Shown in pieces: positions 19,208 through 29,764 of a DNA stretch of 64,000 nucleotides; within the stretch, counting starts at the first letter, position 1, and every line of letters starts with the position of its first letter. The notes under the pieces were generated by a model. The model saw nothing but the letters and a program-made list of their open reading frames with translations, ran no database searches and had not been told where the DNA came from. This DNA comes from Gemmatimonadota bacterium. GTDB taxonomy: Bacteria; Gemmatimonadota; Gemmatimonadetes; Gemmatimonadales; GWC2-71-9. The stretch is taken from positions 7,594 through 71,593 of the forward strand of contig JBDHJR010000019.1 in assembly GCA_039586815.1 (NCBI GenBank). Reading direction: 5' to 3'. A program made the position numbers and the translations under genes.

Positions 19208-19531
19208 CTACCAGTCGGTCCTTCCCTTCCTCTCGGCAATTGCGCTGTCGAGCTGCCGTTTGAGTTCGTGCAGGCTGAGGCGGCGCACTGCGGAGTCCGC
19301 CTCCTCCGGCGTACTTCCGTGCACCAGGTAGGGACTCTCCAAGTGACCCACCGGCCGCTCGCCGCTCTCGGACCAGCGTACGAACAGGACGGCGGCGCCG
19401 AAGCGCCCGCTCTCGTCGGGTTGCTCGTCGACGAAGATGGCCGCCGAGTACGCCTGCCCGTCCGCACCCTCGAAGGCGGGGGGCCGGCTGTGGATGTCGA
19501 GATAACCGCCGAGGGTCGAGTCGTCGGTCAC
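19208..19531 (-). CDS. Hypothetical protein (107 aa)
   Basis: Its start overlaps the upstream proline dehydrogenase stop by 4 nt, suggesting translational coupling. Coding-like composition. Confidence 0.6.
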   Translation of the reverse strand: MTDDSTLGGYLDIHSRPPAFEGADGQAYSAAIFVDEQPDESGRFGAAVLFVRWSESGERPVGHLESPYLVHGSTPEEADSAVRRLSLHELKRQLDSAIAERKGRTDW

Positions 19532-20460
19532 CGCCGACCCAGAGTCTCCTTCACGAGGCTCGCCGCCATGAACGCCACGTTAGCCGGGCGCTCCGCGAGA
19601 CGGCGCATCAGGTAGGGATACCAGGCGGTACCGAACGGAATGTACACGCGCATGTTGTACCCCTTGGCGTGCAGCTCCTCCTGCAGGTCGCGCCGAACGC
19701 CGTAGAGCATCTGGAACTCGAAGCGCTCGGACGGTATGCCGCGCGACTCGACGAAGGCGAGGGCCTTGTCCACCAGCTCACCATCGTGTGTAGCGATGCC
19801 GGGGTAGTTTCCCTTCTCGAGCAGCGTCTCCATGAGCTGCACGAACGAGTCGCTCACTTCCGCCCGCTCCTGGAACGCCAACTCCGGCGGCTCGGCGTAC
19901 GCCCCTTTGCAGAGCCGCACGCGAGCCCCCATGCCGACGAGATCGTCGATATCCTTCGCGGACCGCCGCAGGTAGCTCTGGATCACCACGCCAACGAGGT
20001 TCCCGAACTCCGGGTATAGCTCGTCATGGAACGCGCGCAGCGTGCGCTCCGTGTGCTCCGAGCTCTCCATGTCGATACGCACGAAGGTGTCGTGCTCGCG
20101 TGCGCGATTCAGGATCGCCCGCATGTTCTCGACGCAGAGATCGAGCCCGATGTCCAGCCCCAGCTGCGTGAGCTTCACCGACACGTTCCCGTCGACTCCG
20201 GACGCGGCTATGCCGTCGAGGATCGCCAGGATGTCGTCGCGGGCCCCCCGCGTCTCTTCCACGCTGGATACGCTCTCGCCCAGCAGGTCGAGGCTCACCA
20301 TGATGCCCTTGGCATTCATGGCCTTGCTCGCCGCGATGGCGGTCTCGAGCGTCTCACCCGCCACGAAACGTGATGCCACTCGACGCGCCAGCCTGTTCTT
20401 CTTGACGAAGCTGAAGATCCCTTGGTGTTCGCTGAGCCAGAGGAAGGACTGTCGCAGCAC
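19528..20460 (-). CDS. Proline dehydrogenase (monofunctional PutA-type)
   Basis: 310 aa TIM-barrel PRODH pattern: VSLDLLGE, VSVKLTQLG, VRIDMESS, VRLCKGAY, FQMLYGVR. Confidence 0.9.
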   Translation of the reverse strand: MLRQSFLWLSEHQGIFSFVKKNRLARRVASRFVAGETLETAIAASKAMNAKGIMVSLDLLGESVSSVEETRGARDDILAILDGIAASGVDGNVSVKLTQLGLDIGLDLCVENMRAILNRAREHDTFVRIDMESSEHTERTLRAFHDELYPEFGNLVGVVIQSYLRRSAKDIDDLVGMGARVRLCKGAYAEPPELAFQERAEVSDSFVQLMETLLEKGNYPGIATHDGELVDKALAFVESRGIPSERFEFQMLYGVRRDLQEELHAKGYNMRVYIPFGTAWYPYLMRRLAERPANVAFMAASLVKETLGRR

Positions 20461-22589
20461 TATCGACTCGGGTGGAAGCGTAGATTGTCGGTCGCCATTT
20501 GCGAGATCCTGGGGCAGGGCGCGAACCGTTCACCGTACTTCTCTGCCAACTCCTCCAGCGTCTCGAGCGCCTTGTCGGCACCCACCTCGTCGAGGTAGCG
20601 CAGCGGACCACCGCGGAAGGGCGGGAAGCCGACGCCGAAGATGGCTGCGATGTCGCCGTCGCGAGCCGAGCGGACCACGCCCTCGTCTAGGGCCCGGGCC
20701 GCCTCGTTGAGCATGGCGTACACCAGCCGGCGACTCACGTCGTCGCGCGGCACGCGCGAACTCGGCTCCGCTCCGATGATCTCGTAGGCCGTCTCGTCGG
20801 CCTCCCGCTTCTTGCCGCCCTCGTAGCGGTAGAATCCCCTGCCACTCCTGCGGCCCAGCCGTCCGTCCTCTCGCATCCGCGCCATGTTCTCGGTCGGCAA
20901 CATGCGGTCTCCAAATGCCTCGTGCAGCACGGTGGACCCCATCTGAACCACGTCGAGCCCGATCTCGTCGAGCAGGGTGACCGGTCCCACGGGGAAGCCG
21001 AACTTCGTCATGGCCTTGTCGATGGTCTCGACCGTCACGCCCTCCTGCAGCAGGTGTCCTGCTTCTATCAGATAGGGACCGAGGATGCGATTCACCCAGA
21101 AGCCGGGACGGTCCTGCACCACCACCACCGTCTTGCCCATCTCGCGACCGAACGCCACAGCCGACACCGTGACCCAGGACGCGGTCCGATCGGTGACGAT
21201 GACCTCGAGCAGGGGCATCTTCTCAACCGGGGAGAAGTAGTGCATCCCGAGGACTCTCTCGGGCCGCTGCACTGCTTCGGCAATGCGCGCGATGGGGATC
21301 GTGCTCGTGTTCGAGGCAATGATGCAATCGTCCCGTACGTGCTCCTCGACCGTCCGCATCACCTGCCGTTTGACCTCCAGGTCCTCGAACACTGCCTCGA
21401 TCACCAGGTCGGCGCGCCCGAAGCCTCCCCACTCGGTCCCGCCCGAGAGCAGCCGCTCGAGACGGCGGTACTCGTGCCTGGTGATGCGTCGCCGCTTGAG
21501 GCGGCCCTTGATGATCCGGCGCGCACTGCCGACCCCGCGGCCCACACGCTTGAGGTCGGTGTCACGAAAGCGCACATCGACACCTGCGTGCGTCACCGCC
21601 GTCGCACCGATCGCTGCACCCATGAACCCGGCACCGACTATGCCCAGGTTCGCCACCGGCTTCGGCTCGGGTGCCGCTCCTTCGACTCCCAGGTCCTTCT
21701 TGAGCGCGGTCGTCGCAAAGAAGATCTGCACCAGGTTGCGCGAGACCTCGTGCACCGCGAGCTCGGCGAAGAACGCCGCCTCCATGTCGAGCCCGGCTTC
21801 CAGCCCGTGCCGCAGGCCGTGGCGCACCGCCTGCAGCGCCGCCTCGGGGGCGGGATAGTGGCCGCCGGTCTTCTTGAGCAGTTGGTTCTTGGCTGTCGTG
21901 AACACGACACGCCGCCCGATGGGGTTCTTGTCGAGCGCGAGGGACGCAGCATCGCGCTTGCTGCGCTTGGGCTTCCAGCCCTCCGCCAGCCTCCGGGCCG
22001 CGTCGAACGCCACCTGTTCGAGGATGGCCGGATGCACCAGCTCGTCCACCATCCCGGAGCCGTGAGCGCTCCGTGCGGGGACCTGCTTGCCGGCCAGGAT
22101 GATGTCCAGGGCCGCTCGCACGCCGATCAGGCGCGGCAGACGCTGGCAGCCGCCGGCGGCGGGAATGATCCCCAGCTGGACCTCGGGAAGTCCCAGTACG
22201 GTCTTCGGATGGTCGGTAGCGACGCGGTACGCGCACGCGAGGGCCGCCTCGAGGCCGCCCCCCAAGCAGGCTCCGTGGATCGCGGCCACGACCGGCTTCC
22301 CCAGCCGCTCGATTCGGTTCACCAGGGCCTGGCCCTGCCGCACCAGGTCGTATGACTCCTCGCGCGACTGCAGCGCCACGAACTCTTCTATGTCGGCACC
22401 GGCTATGAACGTGTCGGGCTTGCCCGAGATCAGCACCACGGCGCGTATCTCACTGTCGGTACCGAGCTGTCCGAGGAGATCCTCCAGCTCGTCGCGCACG
22501 TCCCGCGTGATCTTGTTGACCGGCTCACCCGGCAGGTCCAGCTCGAGCCGAGCGATCCCGTCACGAACCTGCGTGGAGAATGCGCTCAC
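20460..22589 (-). CDS. Fatty-acid oxidation multifunctional protein (enoyl-CoA hydratase / 3-hydroxyacyl-CoA dehydrogenase, FadB/FadJ type)
   Basis: 709 aa. N-terminal crotonase fold (FIAGADI; GACLGGGLE). Central NAD-binding motif GIVGAGFMGAAIG. C-terminal 3HCDH repeats. Confidence 0.92.
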   Translation of the reverse strand: MSAFSTQVRDGIARLELDLPGEPVNKITRDVRDELEDLLGQLGTDSEIRAVVLISGKPDTFIAGADIEEFVALQSREESYDLVRQGQALVNRIERLGKPVVAAIHGACLGGGLEAALACAYRVATDHPKTVLGLPEVQLGIIPAAGGCQRLPRLIGVRAALDIILAGKQVPARSAHGSGMVDELVHPAILEQVAFDAARRLAEGWKPKRSKRDAASLALDKNPIGRRVVFTTAKNQLLKKTGGHYPAPEAALQAVRHGLRHGLEAGLDMEAAFFAELAVHEVSRNLVQIFFATTALKKDLGVEGAAPEPKPVANLGIVGAGFMGAAIGATAVTHAGVDVRFRDTDLKRVGRGVGSARRIIKGRLKRRRITRHEYRRLERLLSGGTEWGGFGRADLVIEAVFEDLEVKRQVMRTVEEHVRDDCIIASNTSTIPIARIAEAVQRPERVLGMHYFSPVEKMPLLEVIVTDRTASWVTVSAVAFGREMGKTVVVVQDRPGFWVNRILGPYLIEAGHLLQEGVTVETIDKAMTKFGFPVGPVTLLDEIGLDVVQMGSTVLHEAFGDRMLPTENMARMREDGRLGRRSGRGFYRYEGGKKREADETAYEIIGAEPSSRVPRDDVSRRLVYAMLNEAARALDEGVVRSARDGDIAAIFGVGFPPFRGGPLRYLDEVGADKALETLEELAEKYGERFAPCPRISQMATDNLRFHPSR

Positions 22590-22590
22590 G

Positions 22591-23907
22591 TCAGGATCGC
22601 TCCAGCACCATGGCGAATCCCATTCCCCCCTGTGCGCACACCGAGATGAGCCCGAGCTGGACGTCGCGCCGCTTCATCTCGTTGGCGAGGGTGAGGGTGA
22701 TTCGCGCACCGGTCGCACCGAACGGATGCCCGATCGCTATCGAGCCACCCATCACGTTGAGCGTGTCCCAATCCACGCTACCGATGGGCTCGGGCCGGCC
22801 CAGGCGCTCCTCGGCCCACTGCCTGGACTCGAACGCCTGGATGTTGGACAGCACCTGTGAGGCAAAGGCCTCGTGCATTTCGACGAGCCCGAGCTCGGCA
22901 AAAGTGATCCCCGCCCGATCCAGTGCCTGCGGCACGGCGAAGGCGGGACCCATGAGCAGCTGGTCGCCGGGATCGAGCGCGGCCACCGCATAGGAGCGGA
23001 TGAACGCCAGCGGCTCGTAGCCCAGACTGCGGGCTGCGTCCTCACTCATCAGCACGACGGCCGCGGATCCATCGGTGAGGGGCGAAGCGTTCGCCGCCGT
23101 CACCGTTCCGTACTTCTGGTCGAATACGGGCTTCAGGGCCGCGAGCTGATCCAGGGTGGAGTCGGGTCGCACCCCGTTGTCCCGTTCGACCGGCTTTCCC
23201 GAACCCGGTACGAAGATCGGGGCGATCTCGGCCAGGAGCCGTCCGTCCTTCGTTCCGGCATGCGCCAGCCGGTGGCTGCGCAAGGCGTACTCGTCCTGGG
23301 CAGCCCGTGTGATGCCGTTGATCTTCGCCATCTTCTCCGCCGACTGCCCCATCGTCTCACCCGTCGAGGGCTCCGCGATCGCGGGGCTCACGGGTATGAG
23401 GTCCTTCGGGCGGAATGCCGACAAGAGCTTGAGTCGCTCGGCCGGCGTCTTCGCCTTCGAGAGGCTGACCAACAACTCCGAGAATCGCTTGGAGTGCAGG
23501 ATGGGGATGTCGGAGAGGCTCTCGGCACCGCCAGCAATCACCACGTCAGCGTGGCCCAGGACGATCTGGTCGTGACCGAGCACGATGGCGGCATTGGCCG
23601 ACGCGCACGCGCGATTGACGGAGGCGGCCGGAATGTCCGCCGGGAACTGCGGCAAGAGGCTCACTTCGCGCGCGATGTTCGGGGCTAGCGCGCTCGGGAC
23701 GACCTGCCCGAAGTAGATCTCGTCGACGTCCTTGCCGCTCAGATTAGCCCGGTGCACCAATTCCACGACCGCGTGCTTCGCCAGGTCGACCGCCGAGATG
23801 TCCTTGAGCTCGGTCCCCGACTTGCAGAAGGGCGAGCGGCACCCGGCTACCACCGCCACCCGACGTCCGTTTCCGGCCTGGTGCATGGGCATAGATGAGG
23901 AAGTCAA
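22591..23907 (-). CDS. Acetyl-CoA C-acyltransferase (thiolase, FadA/FadI type)
   Basis: 438 aa. Active-site region NRACASANAA, and C-terminal motifs NVMGGSIAIGHPFGATG and CAQGGMG. It sits 1 nt upstream of the FadB/J-type gene. Confidence 0.93.
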   Translation of the reverse strand: MTSSSMPMHQAGNGRRVAVVAGCRSPFCKSGTELKDISAVDLAKHAVVELVHRANLSGKDVDEIYFGQVVPSALAPNIAREVSLLPQFPADIPAASVNRACASANAAIVLGHDQIVLGHADVVIAGGAESLSDIPILHSKRFSELLVSLSKAKTPAERLKLLSAFRPKDLIPVSPAIAEPSTGETMGQSAEKMAKINGITRAAQDEYALRSHRLAHAGTKDGRLLAEIAPIFVPGSGKPVERDNGVRPDSTLDQLAALKPVFDQKYGTVTAANASPLTDGSAAVVLMSEDAARSLGYEPLAFIRSYAVAALDPGDQLLMGPAFAVPQALDRAGITFAELGLVEMHEAFASQVLSNIQAFESRQWAEERLGRPEPIGSVDWDTLNVMGGSIAIGHPFGATGARITLTLANEMKRRDVQLGLISVCAQGGMGFAMVLERS

Positions 23908-23956
23908 CGAAAGCTACCCCGGCGGCGCCCTTGTGGGCAGCGGCCCTCACGGACCA

Positions 23957-24499
23957 CTATTCCCTCGGACGTTGGGCCAGGATGCTCGCGACCGCTCTGG
24001 TGCGCCCGTCGAGAATCTCCAGTACCTCACGTGCCAGTACGATCTCGAACGGCTTGACGAGGGACCACAGTTCCCCGGACTTCAGGAGGTGATCATCCGA
24101 AGTCGGACCCCACCCCAGCTCCCGCTGCTGCTCGAGGAAGGTCTCCGACATGAAGTAACCACCCGGCTTGACCGCCTCGAGAAAGTGAGGCATGCGGGCC
24201 CGGTCCAGGAAGTTGAATATCATCACGACGTCGAACTGGCCGTCCGGCAGCGGATCCTTGGTGAGGTCGGCCTGCATCCACTCGACGGTGACGCCGGCCT
24301 TCTCCGCCTCCTTTTGAGCCGCCTCGAGCCGCTCGGGATCGATGTCCACGGCGACCACGTGGGCGCCCCGCTGGGCCGCCGCTATGGCATGAGTGCCGCT
24401 GCCACATGCCAGATCCAGGATCCGGGCGCCACTCTTGACTACCGCCGCATGCCACTGGAACCATGTGTTCGGCATTTCCCGACCGCTCGCAGCTGACAC
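23957..24499 (-). CDS. Class I SAM-dependent methyltransferase
   Basis: Motif I ILDLACGSGTHA, followed by VVAVDID. The start is uncertain (24499 or the ATG at 24475). Confidence 0.8.
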   Translation of the reverse strand: MSAASGREMPNTWFQWHAAVVKSGARILDLACGSGTHAIAAAQRGAHVVAVDIDPERLEAAQKEAEKAGVTVEWMQADLTKDPLPDGQFDVVMIFNFLDRARMPHFLEAVKPGGYFMSETFLEQQRELGWGPTSDDHLLKSGELWSLVKPFEIVLAREVLEILDGRTRAVASILAQRPRE

Positions 24500-24503
24500 G
24501 CTA

Positions 24504-26171
24504 ATGGACGCTCCCTTTTCGTTTGAGACCAGAGCGGCCTACCTCGAAGGCTTGGCCGCCGAGCCCGTCGACCTGCTGATCATCGGCGGCGGCGTTACCG
24601 GCGCCGGTATCGCCCGCGACGCCGCCATGCGTGGAATCCGCACAGCCATCGTCGACAAAGGCGACTTCGGTGGCGGGACCAGCTCCCGCTCATCGCGGCT
24701 CGTACACGGCGGGCTCAGGTATCTCGAGCACGGCCATTTACGCCTGGTGTTCGAAGCGAGCCGCGAGCGCCGCATCCTCCAAAAGATAGCACCCCACCTC
24801 GTGTGGCCGCGCTCCTTCTTGTTTCCGGTGCACCGGGGGGGCCGCGTTCCCAGATGGAAGGTGGAGGCCGGGCTCTGGCTGTACGACATACTCGCCCTAT
24901 TCCGCAATGTGCGCCGCCACGAGGTGCTCGGCAAGCGGGCCATGATGCGCGCGGAGCCGGGACTCCGCTCCAAGGGCTTGAAGGGAGGTTCGCGCTACTA
25001 CGATGCCCAGTGCGACGATGCGCGTTTGGCGCTGGCCAACGTGAGAGACGCCGCCAAGCACGGCGCGCTGGCCGCCAACTACACCCAAGTGGATCAGCTC
25101 GAAACAGCCGACGGGAGGGCCGGAGGGGCACGCGTGACCGACCTCGTGACGGGGAAGCAACACGCGATCCGGGCCCTGACCGTCGTGAACGCGACGGGCC
25201 CGTGGTCCGACGAGCTGCGCATGTCGGAGGGGGAGAAGCCAGCGCTCCACTGCACCAAGGGAGCGCACGTCGTCGTCTCCCGACGGCGGATGGGCAACCA
25301 CGAGGCACTCATCCTCACTTCGCCGATAGACGGCCGCGTCATGTTCATGATCCCCTGGGGGACGATCACCTACGTCGGAACGACCGAGACCGAGTGCGAG
25401 CAGCGGCCCGACGAGGTGCGCGCCGACGCAGACGACGTGATCTATCTGCTCCGCTCGATCAACGCCCATTTCCCCGAGGCACGACTCACGTTCGACGACG
25501 TGCTGGCCACCTGGGCGGGCGTGCGTCCGCTACTGCGCAAGGCGGAGTCGGAGGATCCGAGGGCCGTGTCGCGCGAGCACGCGATTCTGGAGAGCGGAAC
25601 CGGACTGATATCCATCGTGGGAGGGAAGCTCACCACATACCGCAAGATGGCGGCGCAGGTCGTGGACCTCGTGTGCAAGCGGCTGCACGAGCTCGACGGC
25701 CGGCCCACGCCCCAGCGGGCGCGCACCGACAAGCTGCCCTTGCCCGGTGGTGAGATGCGGGACCTGGACCTGTTGATCGACTCCACCGAGGCCGACGGAC
25801 TGTCGCGCGCGGTTGCGACGCACCTGGTTCACACGTACGGCAGTGAGACCCCCGCCGTGGCACGCCTCGCTGCGTCCGAGCCGGCCATGGCGGAAGCCGT
25901 GGTGCCGGGTCACACGACAATCTGGGCGGAAATGGTGCACGCAATGCGTCGCGAAATGGCGATCACGCTCGGCGACTTGCTGATCCGCCGCACGCACTTG
26001 TTCTACGTGGCGCCGGACCAGGCGCTGGAGCGGGCCCCTGCGGTGGCGCAACTCGCGATGCGTGTGATGGGGTGGGACAGTGCCCGGCGGAATTCCGAGC
26101 TGGAGGCCTACACGTACGAGGTTTCCAGGAGCGTCGCCTTCCGCGAGGATGTCTGGGGCCAGGAGGCCTAG
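24504..26171 (+). CDS. glpD: FAD-dependent glycerol-3-phosphate dehydrogenase
   Basis: ATG at 24504. [22 protein letters not shown] dinucleotide fold, [16 protein letters not shown] motif, and the C-terminal GlpD helical domain. The listed ORF start at 24393 is an upstream extension. Confidence 0.9.
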   Translation: MDAPFSFETRAAYLEGLAAEPVDLLIIGGGVTGAGIARDAAMRGIRTAIVDKGDFGGGTSSRSSRLVHGGLRYLEHGHLRLVFEASRERRILQKIAPHLVWPRSFLFPVHRGGRVPRWKVEAGLWLYDILALFRNVRRHEVLGKRAMMRAEPGLRSKGLKGGSRYYDAQCDDARLALANVRDAAKHGALAANYTQVDQLETADGRAGGARVTDLVTGKQHAIRALTVVNATGPWSDELRMSEGEKPALHCTKGAHVVVSRRRMGNHEALILTSPIDGRVMFMIPWGTITYVGTTETECEQRPDEVRADADDVIYLLRSINAHFPEARLTFDDVLATWAGVRPLLRKAESEDPRAVSREHAILESGTGLISIVGGKLTTYRKMAAQVVDLVCKRLHELDGRPTPQRARTDKLPLPGGEMRDLDLLIDSTEADGLSRAVATHLVHTYGSETPAVARLAASEPAMAEAVVPGHTTIWAEMVHAMRREMAITLGDLLIRRTHLFYVAPDQALERAPAVAQLAMRVMGWDSARRNSELEAYTYEVSRSVAFREDVWGQEA

Positions 26172-27322
26172 CTGTCGGTAGCCTCCACCGCCGGAAGCTC
26201 CCACGCCTCGACCCGGTCGTCGCGGAACTGCCGCGCCTTCCGATAAGCCTGCTTCAGCCGATCCATCAGCTCTTGCCGCCGATCGTACAGGCGCTTGTGC
26301 GGCCGCGGCTTCCTCTTGGCCAACGCGTATGAGGCGAGGAGCGGAAACCCCACTGTGCCGTCACAGTAACACACCACTGCGTCGGGCAGGCGGTCGGGGT
26401 CCACCTTGCCCCAACTCACCGCCTCGGCCGGAGTAGCTCCCGAGAGGCCACCTGTATCGGGCCGCGCATCGGTGATCTGCAGGAAGTAGTCGTGTCCCAC
26501 CTCCTGGATCCCGAGCACCTCCTGGATCTGCGGCTCCGTTTGCAGCACGAAGTTCTTGGGGCTCCCCCCACCGACTATGAGCACGCCGCTCTTTCCGCCG
26601 TCTTGCTTGGCCTCGAGCACGATGGCAGCGGTCTCGTTGACGTCTGCCGATACGTCGTATGCCAGCTCGTGACCGTCCAGCGCGAGCTCGGCCACGTTCA
26701 TCCCGATGGACGAGTCGCCCGGTGAGGACGTGTAGATGGGCACGCCGCATTCGTGCGCCACGGTGAGCAACGACTTGTGCTTCAGGTCGAGCGCCCGCTC
26801 CCGCTCCCCGAGGTACTTGCCCAGCAGATAGTGATACTCGGCACTGCTCATGGTGCGCTGAAACTCGACGTTCTTCGACACCTCGCGAATGAACTCGTCG
26901 GTCCTGAGCAAGGCGCCATAATCCACGTAGACGTCGTAGATCCGCACCACTCCGTGCTCCCGCAGATCCACATCGTCGGCAATTGGGCTCCCCCGGTGCA
27001 GCGAGAATCCCAGCGCGAAGTGCGCATCGTGGTACAAGTTCGCCCCGGTCGAGACGATCCAGTCGATGAAGCCGGCCTCGATCAGTGGGATCACAGTGGA
27101 CATGCCTAATCCCGCCGGCGTCATTGCGCCGGTGAGACTCATCCCGACAGTCGCGTCCTCGGCGAGCATTCGCTCGGCGAAGAGCTGGCAGCCTTCCCGC
27201 AGGCGGCCCGCATTGTAGGCCAGGAAGGCGTTGTCGACGAGGTCGGCCACCGTCTCGTCGCCCCGCAGCGGGCGCGGCGCGATCTTCTTGCCTGCGAGGA
27301 GCTGACGCTTGTGATCGTTCAT
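26168..27322 (-). CDS. Deoxyhypusine synthase-like protein (DHS / homospermidine-synthase-like family)
   Basis: 384 aa. Motifs [24 protein letters not shown] and GGGSPKNF are typical of the DHS family. Confidence 0.88.
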   Translation of the reverse strand: MNDHKRQLLAGKKIAPRPLRGDETVADLVDNAFLAYNAGRLREGCQLFAERMLAEDATVGMSLTGAMTPAGLGMSTVIPLIEAGFIDWIVSTGANLYHDAHFALGFSLHRGSPIADDVDLREHGVVRIYDVYVDYGALLRTDEFIREVSKNVEFQRTMSSAEYHYLLGKYLGERERALDLKHKSLLTVAHECGVPIYTSSPGDSSIGMNVAELALDGHELAYDVSADVNETAAIVLEAKQDGGKSGVLIVGGGSPKNFVLQTEPQIQEVLGIQEVGHDYFLQITDARPDTGGLSGATPAEAVSWGKVDPDRLPDAVVCYCDGTVGFPLLASYALAKRKPRPHKRLYDRRQELMDRLKQAYRKARQFRDDRVEAWELPAVEATDS

Positions 27323-27327
27323 ATCAC

Positions 27328-28074
27328 CTACTGCGCCTCCATTCGCTCTTTCGCTTCCGAGATGATCCGCACCACTTCCGCCGGGTCGTCGGTCAGGTAG
27401 TACAGGCCCAGGTCCTCCGGCGAGATCTTGCCTTCCCGCGCGACGCGCTCACGCAGCCACTCGATCAGCCCACCCCAGTATTCGCTCCCGACGAGCACGA
27501 CCGGCATGTCCCGAACCTTGCCGGTCTGGATCAGCGTCAGCGACTCGAACATCTCGTCCATCGTGCCGAAGCCGCCAGGAAAGCAGACGAATGCCAGCGA
27601 GTACTTGGCAAGCATCGTCTTGCGCACGAAGAAGTACCGGAAGTTAACCACGCGATCCAGGTACTCGTTGGCTCCCTGCTCCAGGGGCAGCTCTATGTTG
27701 AGCCCGATGGAGAGTGTGCCCGACTCTCGCGCGCCCCGGTTGGCCGCTTCCATGATCCCCGGCCCGGCACCCGTCATGATCGCGAAGCCCTGCTCGCCCA
27801 GGAGGCGGGCCGTCTCCCTGGCCAGCTGATACGTGGAATCGTCGGGTTGGGCTCGGGCGGATCCGAAGATGGTCACGCACGCGCCCACGTCGGCGAGTTC
27901 GTCGAATCCCTCCACGAACTCGCCCAGAATGCGCAGCGCGCGCCACGGGTCGGTCTGCGTGAAGGCCGCAGCCGCCGGCTCGACGGGAGACGTGAACAGC
28001 TGCTCGTCGGCGGTGACCGAGGGGCGCGGCCGCCCCGGCGGCTCACTCGCTGAGGATTTCGATCGCTTGGACAT
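27328..28074 (-). CDS. LOG / TIGR00730-family Rossmann-fold nucleotide-binding protein (cytokinin riboside 5'-monophosphate phosphoribohydrolase-like)
   Basis: Motifs: [34 protein letters not shown]. Confidence 0.88.
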   Translation of the reverse strand: MSKRSKSSASEPPGRPRPSVTADEQLFTSPVEPAAAAFTQTDPWRALRILGEFVEGFDELADVGACVTIFGSARAQPDDSTYQLARETARLLGEQGFAIMTGAGPGIMEAANRGARESGTLSIGLNIELPLEQGANEYLDRVVNFRYFFVRKTMLAKYSLAFVCFPGGFGTMDEMFESLTLIQTGKVRDMPVVLVGSEYWGGLIEWLRERVAREGKISPEDLGLYYLTDDPAEVVRIISEAKERMEAQ

Positions 28075-29203
28075 TGTCGTCCGTCACGTTGTAGAAGAAG
28101 GGACTGAGACGTACGTGCCCGGGCCGGGCATCGGCCACCACCTGTTCCCTCGCCAGTCGCGCGACGGCCGCCGCAGGGTCCTCGCTGGGAATCATCACGA
28201 TGGCGGCCCGATCCTCGGGAGCGGAGGCGACCTTGGGAGCCAGCCCGGCCTCCCCCGCGCGAGCGATCAGGTCCTCGGTGAGCGCCTGGCTCACCTCACG
28301 GATGCCGTGCACGCCGATCTCGTGGATCATGTCGAGCCCGCCGAGTTGCGCGTACACCGCCGCGAGTGACGGCGTCCCCTGCTCGAATCGGCGCGCGTCC
28401 TCATGCCACTCGATGTCCCGGCTGTCGAATTCGAACTGGCGCGCGTGCGCGAACCAGCCGGTGACCGTCGGCGTGAAGCGCTGCGTGAGGTCTTCGCGCA
28501 CGTAGAGGAATACGATCCCCGGTCCGCCCAGGAGCCACTTGAGCCCGCCGGCACACAGGAAATCCACCCCGGTTTCGTGCACGTCGAAGGGTAGCTGCCC
28601 CACGCTCTGATACGCGTCCACGAAGCACAGCGCCCCCTTGGCATGGGCCGCGTCGGCAACCGCCCGGATATCCTGGATCGCCCCCGTTGTGAAGAACACG
28701 TGGGACGTGGCAACCAGCGCCGTGCGCTCGTCGATCGCCCGCGCCATCGCGTCCACCGGCACCGTAACACCGTCGGGGCTCTCCACCACCTCGACCTCGA
28801 CACCGGCGCGCTGCTTCGCGAGCCACTGGTATGCAACCGTGGGGAAATCGAGCGCGGTAGTCACGATCTTGGGTCGTGCCGTGTAATCCAGCGCGCCCGC
28901 AAGGACGGCGGTGGCCGTGGAGATGGACGCGTGGAGCGCGATCTCGCCCGGGTGTGCCCCTATTGCCCGTGCGTATCCACCTCGTAGCTGACCCAGCGAC
29001 TCCCACCACACGTCGTACCACGCCGCCGCGCCACGCGCATCCCACTGCGCCAGGAACTCACCGACCTTTGCACGGGAGCGAGTCGAGAGCGCTCCGAGCG
29101 AGCACGAGTTCAGGTAGACCTGCCGCTCGAAGATGGGGAACTCGGCGCGGTAGTGAGCGAGGGGGTGTGCGCCGACGGTGCTTGCGAGAGCCATAGGCGC
29201 CAA
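28043..29203 (-). CDS. Class-V aminotransferase-fold PLP enzyme (kynureninase / cysteine-desulfurase-like)
   Basis: 386 aa. YLNSCSLG, VDAYQSVG, and GGLKWLLGGPG with the PLP lysine context. Its 3' end overlaps the LOG-like gene start by 32 nt. Confidence 0.85.
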   Translation of the reverse strand: MAPMALASTVGAHPLAHYRAEFPIFERQVYLNSCSLGALSTRSRAKVGEFLAQWDARGAAAWYDVWWESLGQLRGGYARAIGAHPGEIALHASISTATAVLAGALDYTARPKIVTTALDFPTVAYQWLAKQRAGVEVEVVESPDGVTVPVDAMARAIDERTALVATSHVFFTTGAIQDIRAVADAAHAKGALCFVDAYQSVGQLPFDVHETGVDFLCAGGLKWLLGGPGIVFLYVREDLTQRFTPTVTGWFAHARQFEFDSRDIEWHEDARRFEQGTPSLAAVYAQLGGLDMIHEIGVHGIREVSQALTEDLIARAGEAGLAPKVASAPEDRAAIVMIPSEDPAAAVARLAREQVVADARPGHVRLSPFFYNVTDDNVQAIEILSE

Positions 29204-29227
29204 TATACAAGTAAGGTGTAGTGGGGG

Positions 29228-29488
29228 TCAGGGAGTCGATCGCTCCGGCGCAATCGGCGAGCCGCGTACGATCGACACGAGGCTCACGGCCGCCCAGACA
29301 CCTTCTAGGATGATGAAGCCGGCGCGGCGGTCCGCGATGGCAACGGCTGCGAGCAGCAGGGCACCCACTAGATTGAACCAGAGGTATGCAGCACCGGTGC
29401 TGGACCACCGGCGTCGCTGCAGCAGGACGTAGGCGACGAGAATCAAAACTGCGCCCACGAGAGAGGCGATTTGCAGAACCATGGTCAT
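29228..29488 (-). CDS. Small integral membrane protein (86 aa, 3 hydrophobic segments; resembles the CBU_0592-type family)
   Basis: Hydrophobic pattern: IASLVGAVLILVAYVLL...YLWFNLVGALLLAAVAI...FIILEGVWAAVSLVSI. Confidence 0.65.
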   Translation of the reverse strand: MTMVLQIASLVGAVLILVAYVLLQRRRWSSTGAAYLWFNLVGALLLAAVAIADRRAGFIILEGVWAAVSLVSIVRGSPIAPERSTP

Positions 29489-29533
29489 GGCGGCTCACCC
29501 GCGCTGAGAGGCAGTTGGCTCAAGCTAACCCTG

Positions 29534-29764
29534 GTGCTCGGGGGGCGCGCCGTCATCAACCCGCGGCTGGCCCTCGACCTGTTGCGCACAGCGTGGGCGT
29601 TTCGCGCTCGGTACTGGTATCGCCGCTTCCCCTTCATGCCCCTTCCCCCGCGCGCGTACCTCCGCTGGCGCATGCACACCGCGTACGGTGACGAGGATGC
29701 GGTGCCGCCGTCCGAGGACGTGATCCGCTTTGCACGCTGGCGCCGGGAGGTCATGCACCTGTGA
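29534..29764 (+). CDS. Small hypothetical protein translationally coupled to queG (start uncertain; ORF opens at TTG 29471)
   Basis: Its stop overlaps the queG GTG start (GTGA at 29761-29764). The Trp/Arg-rich sequence RTAWAFRARYWYRRFPFMPLPPRAYLRWRMHTAYG looks conserved. Confidence 0.5.
   Translation: MLGGRAVINPRLALDLLRTAWAFRARYWYRRFPFMPLPPRAYLRWRMHTAYGDEDAVPPSEDVIRFARWRREVMHL

Noticed and set aside
18268-19467. 399-aa ORF overlapping rsgA in another frame
   Set aside because: The Arg/Gly/Pro/Ala-rich translation has no motifs. The same DNA encodes a full-length, motif-complete RsgA (18300..19193) and a coupled small ORF.
20922-22355. 477-aa plus-strand ORF antisense to the FadB/J-type gene
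   Set aside because: It is a spurious shadow ORF with an His/Arg/Asp/Leu-rich composition and no motifs. The minus strand encodes a complete multifunctional beta-oxidation enzyme.
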